Origin: Balanoglossus misakiensis | Lineage: Eukaryota > Animalia > Hemichordata | Assembly: GCA_040954595.2 (NCBI GenBank) | Contig: JBECUI020000030.1 | Location: 1 to 64,000, forward strand | Length of the DNA: 64,000 bases | Direction: 5' to 3' | Part shown: in pieces, positions 34,008-44,552 of the stretch | Position numbering within the stretch: the stretch's first letter is position 1 | How the letters are laid out: every line of letters begins with the position of its first letter | The notes under the pieces: generated by a model | Databases searched by the model: none | Seen by the model: only the letters and a program-made list of their open reading frames with translations | Told to the model about the DNA's origin: nothing | Position numbers and translations under genes: made by a program

Positions 34008-35192
34008 ATGTATCGCATATTAACCTACGATAGAATTGTACAACAAGGTCTTGATCTCTTACATAGATCAAAGTACGCAGTCTCGGATAACGAAAAAAAT
34101 CCGGACGGCATTATCATCCGAAGTACTGCAATTGATAAAGAAACCATTTCCCCCTCAACATTAGCGATTGCGCGTGCAGGCGTTGGGGTAAATAACATTC
34201 CTGTTCAGCATTGTTCCAATAAAGGGATAGTGGTTTTTAATACCCCAGGTGCAAATGCCAACAGCGTGAAGGAATTAGTTATTGCCGCTCTCTTATTATC
34301 TTCGCGTAAAATATTCCAATCAATTCTATGGACACTGTCTCTATCGGGCAGGCAACATGAGGTCATACCACTTGTCGAAAAAAACAAATCGCGCTTCGTC
34401 GGTCCGGAAATTCAGGACAAAACACTGGGCGTTATTGGTCTCGGTGCAGTAGGAACACCCATTGCCAATACAGCCCTTGACCTCGGCATGAATGTTATCG
34501 GCTATGACCCCTACCTATCCATCCGATCAGCATGGCAGTTACATCATTCAATTACATATGAACAAGAACTGGACAACCTTCTTGCAAAATCGGATTACAT
34601 CACCATTCATGTACCCTTAACAACAGAGACACAAGATCTTATAAATACCGATTCCATTGCAAAAATGAAACCATCCGTGAACATCCTCAATTTTTCCCGA
34701 TCCGAACTCGTTAATAATCAAGACATTCTAACAGCATTACGCAAGAAGAGGATCAGCAGCTATATTACCGACTTCCCCACAGATGACATTCTTGGTCAGG
34801 AGGGAATACTTTGTATTCCACATCTTGGCGCATCAACACCGGAATCGGAGGAGCGTTGTGCAATGATGTCAATAAAACAGCTACAAGAATATCTTGAGAC
34901 CGGGACAATTACAAACAGTATCAATTTACCAACTAGCAATCTGGAAACCGATTCGGAGAATCGTCTCTGCCTTATTCATCAAAATATTCCCAACATGGTC
35001 GGACAGGTTACGACTTTTCTCGCACAAAATTCCATTAATATTACCGAGATGCTCAACAAACACCTTGATGCAATTGCCTATACTGTTATTGACACGGCAT
35101 CTGAACTGACTGCAGGACAGATAAAGAGTATTCAAGACATGAATGGCATTATCCGCACTCGTGCATTCAAGCAATTACTCCCTCTACGATGA
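34008..35192 (+). CDS. serA: D-3-phosphoglycerate dehydrogenase with ACT domain
   Basis: ARAGVGVNNI, FNTPGANANSVKE, GLGAVG, PHLGASTPE, C-terminal HQNIPNMV ACT. Confidence 0.88.
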   Translation: MYRILTYDRIVQQGLDLLHRSKYAVSDNEKNPDGIIIRSTAIDKETISPSTLAIARAGVGVNNIPVQHCSNKGIVVFNTPGANANSVKELVIAALLLSSRKIFQSILWTLSLSGRQHEVIPLVEKNKSRFVGPEIQDKTLGVIGLGAVGTPIANTALDLGMNVIGYDPYLSIRSAWQLHHSITYEQELDNLLAKSDYITIHVPLTTETQDLINTDSIAKMKPSVNILNFSRSELVNNQDILTALRKKRISSYITDFPTDDILGQEGILCIPHLGASTPESEERCAMMSIKQLQEYLETGTITNSINLPTSNLETDSENRLCLIHQNIPNMVGQVTTFLAQNSINITEMLNKHLDAIAYTVIDTASELTAGQIKSIQDMNGIIRTRAFKQLLPLR

Positions 35193-35555
35193 TATCACAT
35201 CGACCCCGTCTTCATTTGTTTTGCCGATAATCTGAATTAGCACTTTATTCGGCAGGCAAGCTGACCATTCGTTCACCGCGTCGATAACACCTATCTGGAT
35301 ACAAATTTTATCGGAACAGGGCGCCGGCGAGACAAACTGTGCTTGCCCCTCTGTTACAACAATTGTACTAATACCAATCGGTCCCTGAATCTCCAGAGTA
35401 CGCGGTTCGAGCGGAAACAAGAAACGTCCCTCTTCACTTCGTACTTCCAGTTGGAGAGCACCTGTTTCGTTCCCGTACAACTGCCATGCAACAATACTGA
35501 TAATAATAACAACAAGGACCAGTATACCGTAATCAAATGTCTTTAGCTTCATCAT
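35184..35555 (-). CDS. NusG domain II-containing membrane-anchored protein
   Basis: N-terminal TM, GPIG, PCSDKIC...G...ACLPNKV. Confidence 0.8.
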   Translation of the reverse strand: MMKLKTFDYGILVLVVIIISIVAWQLYGNETGALQLEVRSEEGRFLFPLEPRTLEIQGPIGISTIVVTEGQAQFVSPAPCSDKICIQIGVIDAVNEWSACLPNKVLIQIIGKTNEDGVDVISS

Positions 35556-36375
35556 CGCTTTCATACAACTTATCCATAAATTCATCTTGTTCACGTTTCG
35601 ACAGTGAACTATTCTCTACGCACTTTACCACGTCATTCCGCGATACAGTATGCAGTATTTGTTTAATAATCTCTTTCTCCCCACGCGAAAAATGTTCCGC
35701 ATGCAACTGGTACTCCTCGAATGCTTCACAGGAAATGGGCACGATTTCTTTCAAGAAGGAAAAGATAGCATCCGCATAACAACGTATCTCATACTGTGCA
35801 TGCTTATCCATACGCAAAGCAAGAAATCGAAAACAATTATGTAAATCAATCTGCCAGTACCATTCGGTATACGTGCTTAACGGAAGATGAATACGTGCCA
35901 GCTCACGACTAATATCTTGCTCCAGCAATCGTTGGTACATGCGATATGCATCGGCTTGCAACTGGGTAAGATCTGAAATTATCTGGCTACTGATTGATTC
36001 CGGCACCGCCTCATCTTCCCGTCCCTGCCGATTATCAGCAGACTGCCGTGCAATAACACTGCTATCAGGCACATAAAATTCTGGCTCCAGGACACTGTAT
36101 CTCCCGGATATCTCGTTCAATCGTGCCGTACGATGTCGAACCCATTGCCGAGCAACAAAAATAGGTAATTTTATGTGAAAAGTAATAATAACTTGTTCAA
36201 AAGGTGACGTGTGGGAATGTCTCATAAGGTAGCGTATCAATCCCTTATTCTGGCGAAATGACTTCGTCCCTTTTCCATATGAAATACGTGCAGCATCAAC
36301 AATACGGTCATCATCACCCATATAGTCTACTAGACGAACAAAGCCCTTATCTAATACGGGACGCTCTTTTTCCAT
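35533..36375 (-). CDS. thyX: FAD-dependent thymidylate synthase
   Basis: HTSPFE, ARQWVRHR...NEISGRY, LRMDKHAQYEIR. Confidence 0.96.
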   Translation of the reverse strand: MEKERPVLDKGFVRLVDYMGDDDRIVDAARISYGKGTKSFRQNKGLIRYLMRHSHTSPFEQVIITFHIKLPIFVARQWVRHRTARLNEISGRYSVLEPEFYVPDSSVIARQSADNRQGREDEAVPESISSQIISDLTQLQADAYRMYQRLLEQDISRELARIHLPLSTYTEWYWQIDLHNCFRFLALRMDKHAQYEIRCYADAIFSFLKEIVPISCEAFEEYQLHAEHFSRGEKEIIKQILHTVSRNDVVKCVENSSLSKREQDEFMDKLYESDDEAKDI

Positions 36376-36417
36376 ACATACTCCTTGCCATTAATATGAA
36401 ATAGAATGTAATTTCTG

Positions 36418-37824
36418 TCAAGGATTCACAGCTATATCATCTGTATCGGCAATCATTGTAATACGCTGCCACTTCCCCATAGCATAGCGAATAAACATAC
36501 CAAAACCAAGAGAAATTGCAAACCCGATAAACATAAACCATACAATAGTCGTTTCAACCTTCAATGTATATCCAAAAATTAAGACGGATACTCCAAATAG
36601 CACGTGCAGAGATACCAATATAAACATAACCGCATGCGTATCTCCCGCTCCCCGCAATGTCCCACTGAGAGCAAGGTTCGTTGCATCAGCAAGCAGGTAG
36701 AGACAAACAAGCCGAAGCATGAGGACAGACAGATTATACACCTCATCAACATTATTCATCTTGGAAAGAAAGGGTTGCACCAGCTGATGAGTAAATGTAA
36801 GCAGGATCAACGATATAAAAATAGCATAACTGAACATAACCGCCAAAGACATATATGTTATTCGTTTAGCAGCAGGTATATCCTGTGCACCCATCGCCTT
36901 TCCCACCATTGCAGTTGTAGCAAAACTTGCTCCCAGCATAGGCACAAAGAACATAGCATCCCAATTAATAGCAATAGTAACTGCTGAACCGACAGTCTCT
37001 CCGTAAGAATGCATAACCATAATAAAGAAATCAAATACCGCAACCCCAAGCAGTACTTCAATACCGGCGGGAGTACCATAATAGAGCAATTTCTTTAACA
37101 GGAAGGCAGTAAATCGTGGGCGGATTCGGGTATGGTATATGGTATGTATCTTCTTACTGTAGTACACCAACAGAAGTATGGTTACGGTTATCAATTCACT
37201 AGTAACCGTTGCTACGGCCGCACCTACAATGCCATAAGAGGGAATTATGCCACCCCCATAGATAAGAACATAATTCAGCGGGATATTAATCACCATGCCA
37301 ATAAGGTTTGCATGCATAACAGTTGTCGTTTTTCCAATACCGATAAAGAACCCACTTATTCCGTTTCCGGCAATACGGAACAGCGAACCGTATAAAAGTA
37401 CAGCCGCATATATCGTTTCCAGCCTTGTCTGTCTCGCGGAATGCTGAAAAAGCGCAAATATATCACCAATGAAAAAAGTAAGGAGAAGAATGAGTGGATA
37501 GGAAAAGAGGGCAAAGAAGAGGGTCTGCTCAACTACCCGAGCACAAAGTTTATTCTTATTCGCCCCAAGGTACTGTGCAACAAGAGCACTGGAGTATCCC
37601 GCAGTAGTCATAAAAAAGGACACTGCCACGAACGCAGACAATCCCCCCACCAATGATGCATTAAGAAACGCTTCTCCCAATCCATCTTTATAATTGGAAA
37701 GAAACAATCTATCTACAAACATCATGACAGTTAAGGACATCTGTGATATCACCATGGGAAGGGCAAGTTTAAGAAAATAGACAAGTTCCTTCTTTCTAAA
37801 AAATCGTTTCATAGATATTACCAT
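36418..37824 (-). CDS. MATE family efflux transporter
   Basis: LALP, VAQYLGA, NIPLNYVLIYG, GAAVAT, LRGAGDT; ~12 TM. Confidence 0.9.
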   Translation of the reverse strand: MVISMKRFFRKKELVYFLKLALPMVISQMSLTVMMFVDRLFLSNYKDGLGEAFLNASLVGGLSAFVAVSFFMTTAGYSSALVAQYLGANKNKLCARVVEQTLFFALFSYPLILLLTFFIGDIFALFQHSARQTRLETIYAAVLLYGSLFRIAGNGISGFFIGIGKTTTVMHANLIGMVINIPLNYVLIYGGGIIPSYGIVGAAVATVTSELITVTILLLVYYSKKIHTIYHTRIRPRFTAFLLKKLLYYGTPAGIEVLLGVAVFDFFIMVMHSYGETVGSAVTIAINWDAMFFVPMLGASFATTAMVGKAMGAQDIPAAKRITYMSLAVMFSYAIFISLILLTFTHQLVQPFLSKMNNVDEVYNLSVLMLRLVCLYLLADATNLALSGTLRGAGDTHAVMFILVSLHVLFGVSVLIFGYTLKVETTIVWFMFIGFAISLGFGMFIRYAMGKWQRITMIADTDDIAVNP

Positions 37825-37910
37825 TCATACTACGATATACTACAAAAGAAAGCGATAACTAACAATTAAAAATAATTTCTTAATTAAAAAAAATTGTATA
37901 GAATAGAAAT

Positions 37911-39101
37911 ATGATAAACTTACACAATAGTATTATTATTCTTTTTATTTTATTACCGCTCGCCCTGCTGCCCGCACAAAACCAGTACAGCTCGGCAGAC
38001 ACAAAGGTTACGGTATTCAGCGAAGAGCGGTCAGATGGAACCGGGTATGATCTATATGCCTCCAATCCTTATCTCGTCGAAGCGTTCATATCACTATCAT
38101 TTTCCAACATTTACAATCTCATTCCCTCGCAGGATATTCCCTTTCAGCACGTTATTCAGGCACAATCCGAACGGATATTTCTTCTATCCCTTAGGATCAA
38201 CGACTATCAAAAAAGCTACGGGTACAATCTTTCTTATGCACAAGTTTACGGCAACCCTTATACTACGACACCGGACAGCAACTATCTTTACTGGTTCCCC
38301 TTTGAACACGGTACCAAGCATAAGGTAACACAGGGGGCGCATGGAAAATTTTCTCATTCAGGTGATAATGAGTACGCAATTGATTTCGACCTTGATGAAG
38401 GCACGGAAGTCTATGCGGCTCGATCAGGTCTTGTTATCGACACCAAACAGGATTCTCGTGTCGGGGGTCGCTCATCTCAATATGGCCCCTTTACCAACTT
38501 TATTCTAATTCAGCACGATGACGGTACATTCGGTAACTATGTGCATCTAAGATTTAGAGGAGTACTTGTAGAACCGGGAGAACAAGTCATAGCAGGGCAG
38601 CTCATTGGATTAAGTGGCAATACTGGAATAAGCACCGGTCCCCACCTACACTTTGATGTCCGAATCCCCACGATGGAGGGAACTATGCAATCAATCCCCA
38701 TTTCCTTCATGAATGAGGAAGAACAGAGAACCGAAGCAGAAGAGTACCGCTATTACTACGCCTACCATCCCGGCAAAGAGCCCTTCCCTGTTATGTATGG
38801 ATATAATCTCAGCCATACCGATTTTGCCGAATACAGCAAGGCAATTGCACAAACTGACAAGTTCGACACCCGCACCGAACAGATAGACAACAGCTATATT
38901 CTCTATTTTCAAAACGGATACAACAAAAATTTTAACGTTACCTTTGACATCGAGTTACGTTCAATGACCGCCAGCATTGACTTGCCTGTTACTTTTATTG
39001 CAAAAGCCCAAACCGAGATATTCATTGCCATACTCCGTGCTGACCCAAAAGCACAGAGCATCTATTATGCACCGAAAATAGAATATCGTGAAGTACAATG
39101 A
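37911..39101 (+). CDS. Exported M23-family metallopeptidase
   Basis: Signal peptide; H..(n)..AIDF, YVHL, SGNTG.STGPHLHF. Confidence 0.88.
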   Translation: MINLHNSIIILFILLPLALLPAQNQYSSADTKVTVFSEERSDGTGYDLYASNPYLVEAFISLSFSNIYNLIPSQDIPFQHVIQAQSERIFLLSLRINDYQKSYGYNLSYAQVYGNPYTTTPDSNYLYWFPFEHGTKHKVTQGAHGKFSHSGDNEYAIDFDLDEGTEVYAARSGLVIDTKQDSRVGGRSSQYGPFTNFILIQHDDGTFGNYVHLRFRGVLVEPGEQVIAGQLIGLSGNTGISTGPHLHFDVRIPTMEGTMQSIPISFMNEEEQRTEAEEYRYYYAYHPGKEPFPVMYGYNLSHTDFAEYSKAIAQTDKFDTRTEQIDNSYILYFQNGYNKNFNVTFDIELRSMTASIDLPVTFIAKAQTEIFIAILRADPKAQSIYYAPKIEYREVQ

Positions 39102-39175
39102 GCCACCTCTTGCATAACAATAGCTTTTTTGATACACTATCAAAAAGCAAATAATGCGATTATTTAGGAGGAAAT

Positions 39176-40222
39176 ATGGAAAAAAAGAAAAGTTTTTTCA
39201 CTATTGTACTTGTTTTATTTTTTGTGGGGATTCCCCTAGCAATATTTGCCGGCGGTTCCCAAGAAACCACTGGTGGTGCTAATGAAGCACCTGCGCAAAG
39301 CAACGCAGCACAGGAGAAGGCAATCAAAGAAATTCACTTTCTCATCCCTGGCGGTGCTGGCGGAGGATGGGATTCCACAGCCCGTGGAGTCGGTGAAGTA
39401 CTAACGCAATCAAACCTATTAGAGACTGCCTCATTTGAAAACATGTCGGGTGGCGGTGGCGGTGTTGCTATTGCACATCTTATTCAGACACGCAACTCAA
39501 CTCTTGCCAAGAAAACACTTATGGTAAACTCGACACCTATCATTACTCGTTCTCTATCAAAGGTATTTCCACAATCATTCCGCGATCTCGTACCTGTTGC
39601 AGGTATTATCGCAGACTACGGCGCATTTGTCGTACGGGATGATTCAGAACTACAAAACTGGAAGAACGTCGTTGATGCGTTCAGCAATGACCCGAACTCT
39701 GTCAAGGTAGCTGGTGGTTCAGCGGTCGGTAGTTTGGACCACATTGTTGCTGCATGGGCATTTCAAGCTGCAGGCGGAAATCCACAAAATGTTGTCTATG
39801 TTCCCTACGATGCCGGGGGAAAAGCCATGGCTGGTCTTCTCGCAGGAGAAACAGAGTTGCTTTCAACCGGACTAGGCGAAGCATTACAGCTCTCCGAAAC
39901 TGGACAGGTACGCATCTTGGCTATTACTGCAGCAGAACGTGTATCGGATGTACCGGAAGTAGCCACCCTTATGGAGCAGGGGTATAACATTAATTTTGCC
40001 AACTGGCGTGGCTTCTTTGCCGCACCGGGGACCCCAGCTGATTTAGTACAAAGCTACAACGATTTATTTGCAACGATGTACGACCAGCCTGCATGGGAAA
40101 CAACACGCCAGCGGAACGGGTGGGTAAATCTATACAACCCCGGTTCGCAGTTTGTTACATTCTTGGAAAACCAGGAAGAAGTCATTGGTGGTCTTATGCG
40201 CAACCTAGGGTTTATTGAATAA
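39176..40222 (+). CDS. tctC: Tripartite tricarboxylate transporter substrate-binding protein
   Basis: IPGGAGGGWD..AR, NMSGGGG, NWRGFF. Confidence 0.9.
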   Translation: MEKKKSFFTIVLVLFFVGIPLAIFAGGSQETTGGANEAPAQSNAAQEKAIKEIHFLIPGGAGGGWDSTARGVGEVLTQSNLLETASFENMSGGGGGVAIAHLIQTRNSTLAKKTLMVNSTPIITRSLSKVFPQSFRDLVPVAGIIADYGAFVVRDDSELQNWKNVVDAFSNDPNSVKVAGGSAVGSLDHIVAAWAFQAAGGNPQNVVYVPYDAGGKAMAGLLAGETELLSTGLGEALQLSETGQVRILAITAAERVSDVPEVATLMEQGYNINFANWRGFFAAPGTPADLVQSYNDLFATMYDQPAWETTRQRNGWVNLYNPGSQFVTFLENQEEVIGGLMRNLGFIE

Positions 40223-40269
40223 TTATTCGCTAATAGCAACGTAATTATTAGTATGAACTAATTACTAGT

Positions 40270-40752
40270 ATGAACGCAAAGACAAAAAAAATTGTCGGGG
40301 CTTTATTTTTCCTATGCCTATCCTTAGTATATGGAATATATGCACTACAAATACAGTTGTTTGTAGTCCCGGGTACAACAGTTTTTACAGCTCGCACCAT
40401 GCCACTCGCACTCAGTGCCATCGGGCTTGTTTGTTCTATTCTATATCTTCTCAGTGCATTTACTGAGAAGATATTAATACAAAAGGAAGATCAACCCGCC
40501 CCCATGTATAACTGGTCGCCTGTGCTGCAATTTTTTGGCATGATGATTCTCTATGCCATAGCACTTCGCTGGTTAGGGTTTATTATCGCCACCGCATCGT
40601 TCCTTTTTGTAGGCGCATACATACTCAACGAGCGTCGTTGGTTGGTCAATCTTACTGTTTCCATCTGCACAACAATGTTTTTTTGGTTTGTTATTGGAAT
40701 ATTACTGAATATTTACCTAGCTGAGGGAGAACTCTGGGGGATATTGTTCTAA
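40270..40752 (+). CDS. tctB: Tripartite tricarboxylate transporter small membrane subunit
   Basis: Small hydrophobic protein (RTMP, LGFIIAT) between tctC and tctA. Confidence 0.82.
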   Translation: MNAKTKKIVGALFFLCLSLVYGIYALQIQLFVVPGTTVFTARTMPLALSAIGLVCSILYLLSAFTEKILIQKEDQPAPMYNWSPVLQFFGMMILYAIALRWLGFIIATASFLFVGAYILNERRWLVNLTVSICTTMFFWFVIGILLNIYLAEGELWGILF

Positions 40753-42269
40753 TGTGGGAAGGAATTTTATATGGTATATCAACTGCAGTACAGCCGCTTA
40801 ATCTCATTATGGTGGTTGCAGGATGTCTGGCAGGAACCTTTATTGGTCTCTTACCCGGACTAGGACCTATTACTGCTATATCACTCATGATTCCACTTGC
40901 CTATGGATTGCCACCATCTAGTGGATTAATTCTGATGGCGGGTGTATATTATGGTGCCATATTTGGAGGATCGACATCATCCATTCTTATCAACGCCCCC
41001 GGTGTTGCCGGTACTGTTGCTACCGCATTTGACGGGTACCCACTTGCTCAACAGGGGAAAGCCGGCAAGGCACTATCCATTGCGGCATACTGCTCCTTTG
41101 TCGGAGGCACAGTCGGTGCCATCTTTCTGCTTCTTGCCGCCCCCGCACTTGCACAAGTTTCACTCAGTTTTCAATCCTCGGATTATTTCGCCCTTATGTG
41201 TCTAGGTCTAACCGCAGTTGCAGCATTTTCTCAACAAGGAACTTTTCTTAAAACCCTCCTGATGGTGCTATTAGGTCTTATGCTCTCAACCATCGGTACT
41301 GATCTCTCCACTGGCGTGCAACGTTTTACATTCGGCGTTATCGATCTTATTGATGGCATTAGTTTTCTGCTTATCGCAATGGCAACATTTGCTATCGGAG
41401 AGACCATTATCAACATACTAACAAAAAACAATCTTCAAGAAACACTTTCAAAAGAGGAGCAAAAGCTACGAAAAAAAGTAAGCGGATTACGCGTAAGCAA
41501 AGCGGAAATAAAACAGATTGCACCAACAATGGGACGATCTTCAGTTCTGGGTTTTCTTGTCGGAGTACTGCCCGGAGCGGGCGCAACTATTGCTAGTTTT
41601 CTTGCCTACGGTATGGAACGTAGTTTAGCGAAACCGGAGGAACAGAAAAAGTTTGGCAAGGGGAGTCTTATTGGGCTTGCTGCCCCAGAGACTGCAAATA
41701 ATGCGGCATCTTCCGGCGCATTTGTTCCCCTTCTTACCTTGGGTATTCCCGGGTCAGGGACTACCGCCGTTATGCTTGGGGCACTCATTGCCTTTGGCGT
41801 TCAGCCGGGACCTCGTCTCTATCTGGAAAATCCGGATATCTTCTGGTCGGTTATTGTATCAATGTATATTGGGAACATTATTCTGCTTATTCTGAATTTA
41901 CCCCTCGTGCCCTATCTTGCTCGACTACTCCTTATTCCTCGGCAGTATCTGCTACCTCTCATTCTCTTTTTCTCGCTCATTGGTATCTATTTGACATCAT
42001 TTAATACCACTGAAATTTTTATTATGATAATAGTCGCCGCTCTCTCACTCATTCTGCGGCTATTAAGTTTTCCCATGCCCCCACTCCTACTTGGCTTTGT
42101 ACTTGGACGGATGATAGAAGAAAACTTGCGTCGTGCCTTATTAATTAATGATGGCTCATTTTCATTCCTCTGGACACGCCCTATTGCCCTTACTTTGATG
42201 ATAGCAACCATCGTGCTTCTGCTCCTCCCACTAATACGCTCACTTATCCAACGTTACCGAAAAACCTGA
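40752..42269 (+). CDS. tctA: Tripartite tricarboxylate transporter large membrane subunit
   Basis: GLLPGLG, DGYPLA, LPGAGAT, APETANNA, LTLGIPGS. Confidence 0.93.
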   Translation: MWEGILYGISTAVQPLNLIMVVAGCLAGTFIGLLPGLGPITAISLMIPLAYGLPPSSGLILMAGVYYGAIFGGSTSSILINAPGVAGTVATAFDGYPLAQQGKAGKALSIAAYCSFVGGTVGAIFLLLAAPALAQVSLSFQSSDYFALMCLGLTAVAAFSQQGTFLKTLLMVLLGLMLSTIGTDLSTGVQRFTFGVIDLIDGISFLLIAMATFAIGETIINILTKNNLQETLSKEEQKLRKKVSGLRVSKAEIKQIAPTMGRSSVLGFLVGVLPGAGATIASFLAYGMERSLAKPEEQKKFGKGSLIGLAAPETANNAASSGAFVPLLTLGIPGSGTTAVMLGALIAFGVQPGPRLYLENPDIFWSVIVSMYIGNIILLILNLPLVPYLARLLLIPRQYLLPLILFFSLIGIYLTSFNTTEIFIMIIVAALSLILRLLSFPMPPLLLGFVLGRMIEENLRRALLINDGSFSFLWTRPIALTLMIATIVLLLLPLIRSLIQRYRKT

Positions 42270-42401
42270 TAGCAGGCGTTAAGCTGTGAACTAGGTGCAT
42301 CTTTGTTTCAGGGTGCTCATGTTCTTTGCATAAATTCTTGGATAATATTACACTTATTAGTCATCACTTTGTATAATTAAAGAAACCAAAGTCAAGGAGT
42401 T

Positions 42402-42875
42402 TTGATGCACAACACACTACTACCCAAACAGGCAGACAATAAGTACAGCTTTCATACAGCCATTCTGTACATATTTGCGGCTATGACATTGCTTACTATA
42501 GGCAGAAGTCTGGCACATATCTTCCTCCCTGACGGCGGAGCCAATTCCATAGCGACACTCATCAGTTTTGACGGGACACCTGACCCCGATGCGGTCATCT
42601 ACAATATTTTTGCCCTATGGGGTCTAGCTCAGCTGGCCATGGGGATAATGTATGCACTTGTTCTTCTACGCTACAAAAGCCTGATCCCCCTGATGTGGGT
42701 TTTCATTCTGGTAGAATACACCATGAGATTATTCATTGGATATGTTCTAAAACCAATGGGCGATACATACTTTATCGGAACCGCCCCCGGAGAAATCGGC
42801 AATTATATTTTTGTACCCCTAGCGTTGATTATGATCATCTGGTCTCTTCGGGGAAAGAAACGTTCAAAGGAGTAA
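42402..42875 (+). CDS. Hypothetical membrane protein
   Basis: 157 aa, about four TM helices, AAGGAG SD. Confidence 0.7.
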   Translation: MMHNTLLPKQADNKYSFHTAILYIFAAMTLLTIGRSLAHIFLPDGGANSIATLISFDGTPDPDAVIYNIFALWGLAQLAMGIMYALVLLRYKSLIPLMWVFILVEYTMRLFIGYVLKPMGDTYFIGTAPGEIGNYIFVPLALIMIIWSLRGKKRSKE

Positions 42876-43075
42876 ATAATGACAGTATCAGAAAAGAGAT
42901 TGAACAACTTTTAGATTGCCATAAGGATTTTGTAAAAATTGCAAACCAATGGAAAAGTTGAAAATGGCCGGCACATAACATGGAGGAATTAATTGACTTA
43001 CATACGGAAAAGATGCTTTAGTAACAGTCGTAGGAACATGCATGCATTGGTAGTCCAGGGGTTCTGCAAAAACCC

Positions 43076-43104
43076 TTTACATCTTTCGAACAAGCAGGTA
43101 TAAT
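43076..43104 (+). promoter_or_regulatory. Promoter of the NTF2/SnoaL gene
   Basis: TTTACA, 17 bp spacer, TATAAT. Confidence 0.6.
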
Positions 43105-43123
43105 CCTTTCTTAGGAGTAAATA

Positions 43124-43666
43124 ATGACAGAAACAGAAAAGATACAACTAGTGTGGGACCGCCAAGAGATTTCACAATTAATGTATAGACACGCCAGATC
43201 TCTTGACCGTATGGACGCAGAACTGATGCAGTCCACCTATTGGGAAGACGCCATAGAAGAGTTGCACGATCCTATTACAGGTCAGCTTGACTGGAAGGAT
43301 TCAGCATGGAAGTTTGTGCCGGTAGCAATGCAAGGATTCACCAATGTCCTACGCACCCAGCACCGAATTAGTAATGTCTTGATTGAAGTAAAGGGCAATA
43401 CTGCCACTGCCGAAACCTATGTCTGGGCATACCATGTATATGAGCATGATGGGAAAGAAAAAGAAATGATTAATGGTGGAAGGCACTTTTTTAGCTTAGA
43501 AAAAAGAAATGACGAATGGCGCATTAAACACCGCTCGTCTGCGTTTGACTGGAACCAAAATCAAGATGCAACTGCCATGTGGAGTGATGAAATTGCATCA
43601 AAATATAGAGGACAAAGAAACCCCTCTGATGAGAGTTATAATTTCCTTGGGAAACAGGGAAAATAA
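43124..43666 (+). CDS. NTF2/SnoaL-like domain protein
   Basis: DRQEISQL..R.ARSLDR.D, TQHRISNVLI, ATAETY, EWRIKHR. Confidence 0.82.
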   Translation: MTETEKIQLVWDRQEISQLMYRHARSLDRMDAELMQSTYWEDAIEELHDPITGQLDWKDSAWKFVPVAMQGFTNVLRTQHRISNVLIEVKGNTATAETYVWAYHVYEHDGKEKEMINGGRHFFSLEKRNDEWRIKHRSSAFDWNQNQDATAMWSDEIASKYRGQRNPSDESYNFLGKQGK

Positions 43667-43982
43667 CAATAGCGGGCACATCTTTTAAGAGTCCACTTTC
43701 TTAAAAATAGGGGAATTACATACATTGTAGCCCATCAATCTCTTAATAGACCCTAGCTCCAGTATATCTCATTTCGCTTTTATTTTCTATACATTTCTCT
43801 TAAATGTCATAAATGTTTTTCTATGCTATAATAGAATATGTGGATATATACTATAAACTATACAACAAAGGAGGTGCGTATCATGACTTTACCTTAATGG
43901 CTGCCTGCATAGTATAGTTGTATATATTCACAAAAACACACCTATGTAATGTAGGTGGCTTATTTAATTTCGGAGGAAAACA

Positions 43983-44366
43983 ATGAAACATATTTTAATA
44001 ATAATAATTCTAATGGGAACATTAATATCTTGTAACCAAGGGGCTAATAACCAAGGGAGCCAAGGTAACCAAGGAGATGTGATATTAATAGTAGAAATAA
44101 GTCAGAAAGAAGCTGATTTATCAAGCATAAATGTTATAACGCAATCATTGAAATTAGGAGGTTCTATTGCAATAAATGCAGATTTAGCAAAAGAAATAGA
44201 TGCTGCTTTTGAGGAGAAATATGCAGTACTAGATGATGATGGATCGTATTTAACAACTCCAGCCTCTTTATTAAACTTTATAGGTGGTCACGGATGGAGT
44301 TACCATAGTATAGCCGGTTTTGGTACATCGTATTTTCTCTTTACTAAAAAGAGAGGATTACAATGA
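43983..44366 (+). CDS. Hypothetical lipoprotein
   Basis: MKHILIIIILMGTLIS-C lipobox, NQG-repeat tether, GGAGG SD. Confidence 0.72.
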   Translation: MKHILIIIILMGTLISCNQGANNQGSQGNQGDVILIVEISQKEADLSSINVITQSLKLGGSIAINADLAKEIDAAFEEKYAVLDDDGSYLTTPASLLNFIGGHGWSYHSIAGFGTSYFLFTKKRGLQ

Positions 44367-44427
44367 AGCTAAATACTTCTTGTCTTGTATTTCTGATATA
44401 GAAGCAAAAGAGAAAAAACATGAATAT

Positions 44428-44449
44428 AGCCCTCTCAGGAGGGCTTTTT
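44428..44449 (+). terminator. Intrinsic terminator
   Basis: AGCCCTC-TCAG-GAGGGCT followed by TTTT. Confidence 0.75.
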
Positions 44450-44552
44450 ATCTTTCTTACTTGCTTCTCTTACATTCATTCTATAACAAAACTCATTGAT
44501 ATATCTTTGCAAGCCTTTCTTACTTATGTTATGAATGTTGGCTGTTTTACCA

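Noticed and set aside
44035-44075. CCAAGG micro-repeats in the lipoprotein gene
   Set aside because: They encode an ordinary low-complexity NQG tether after the lipidated cysteine.
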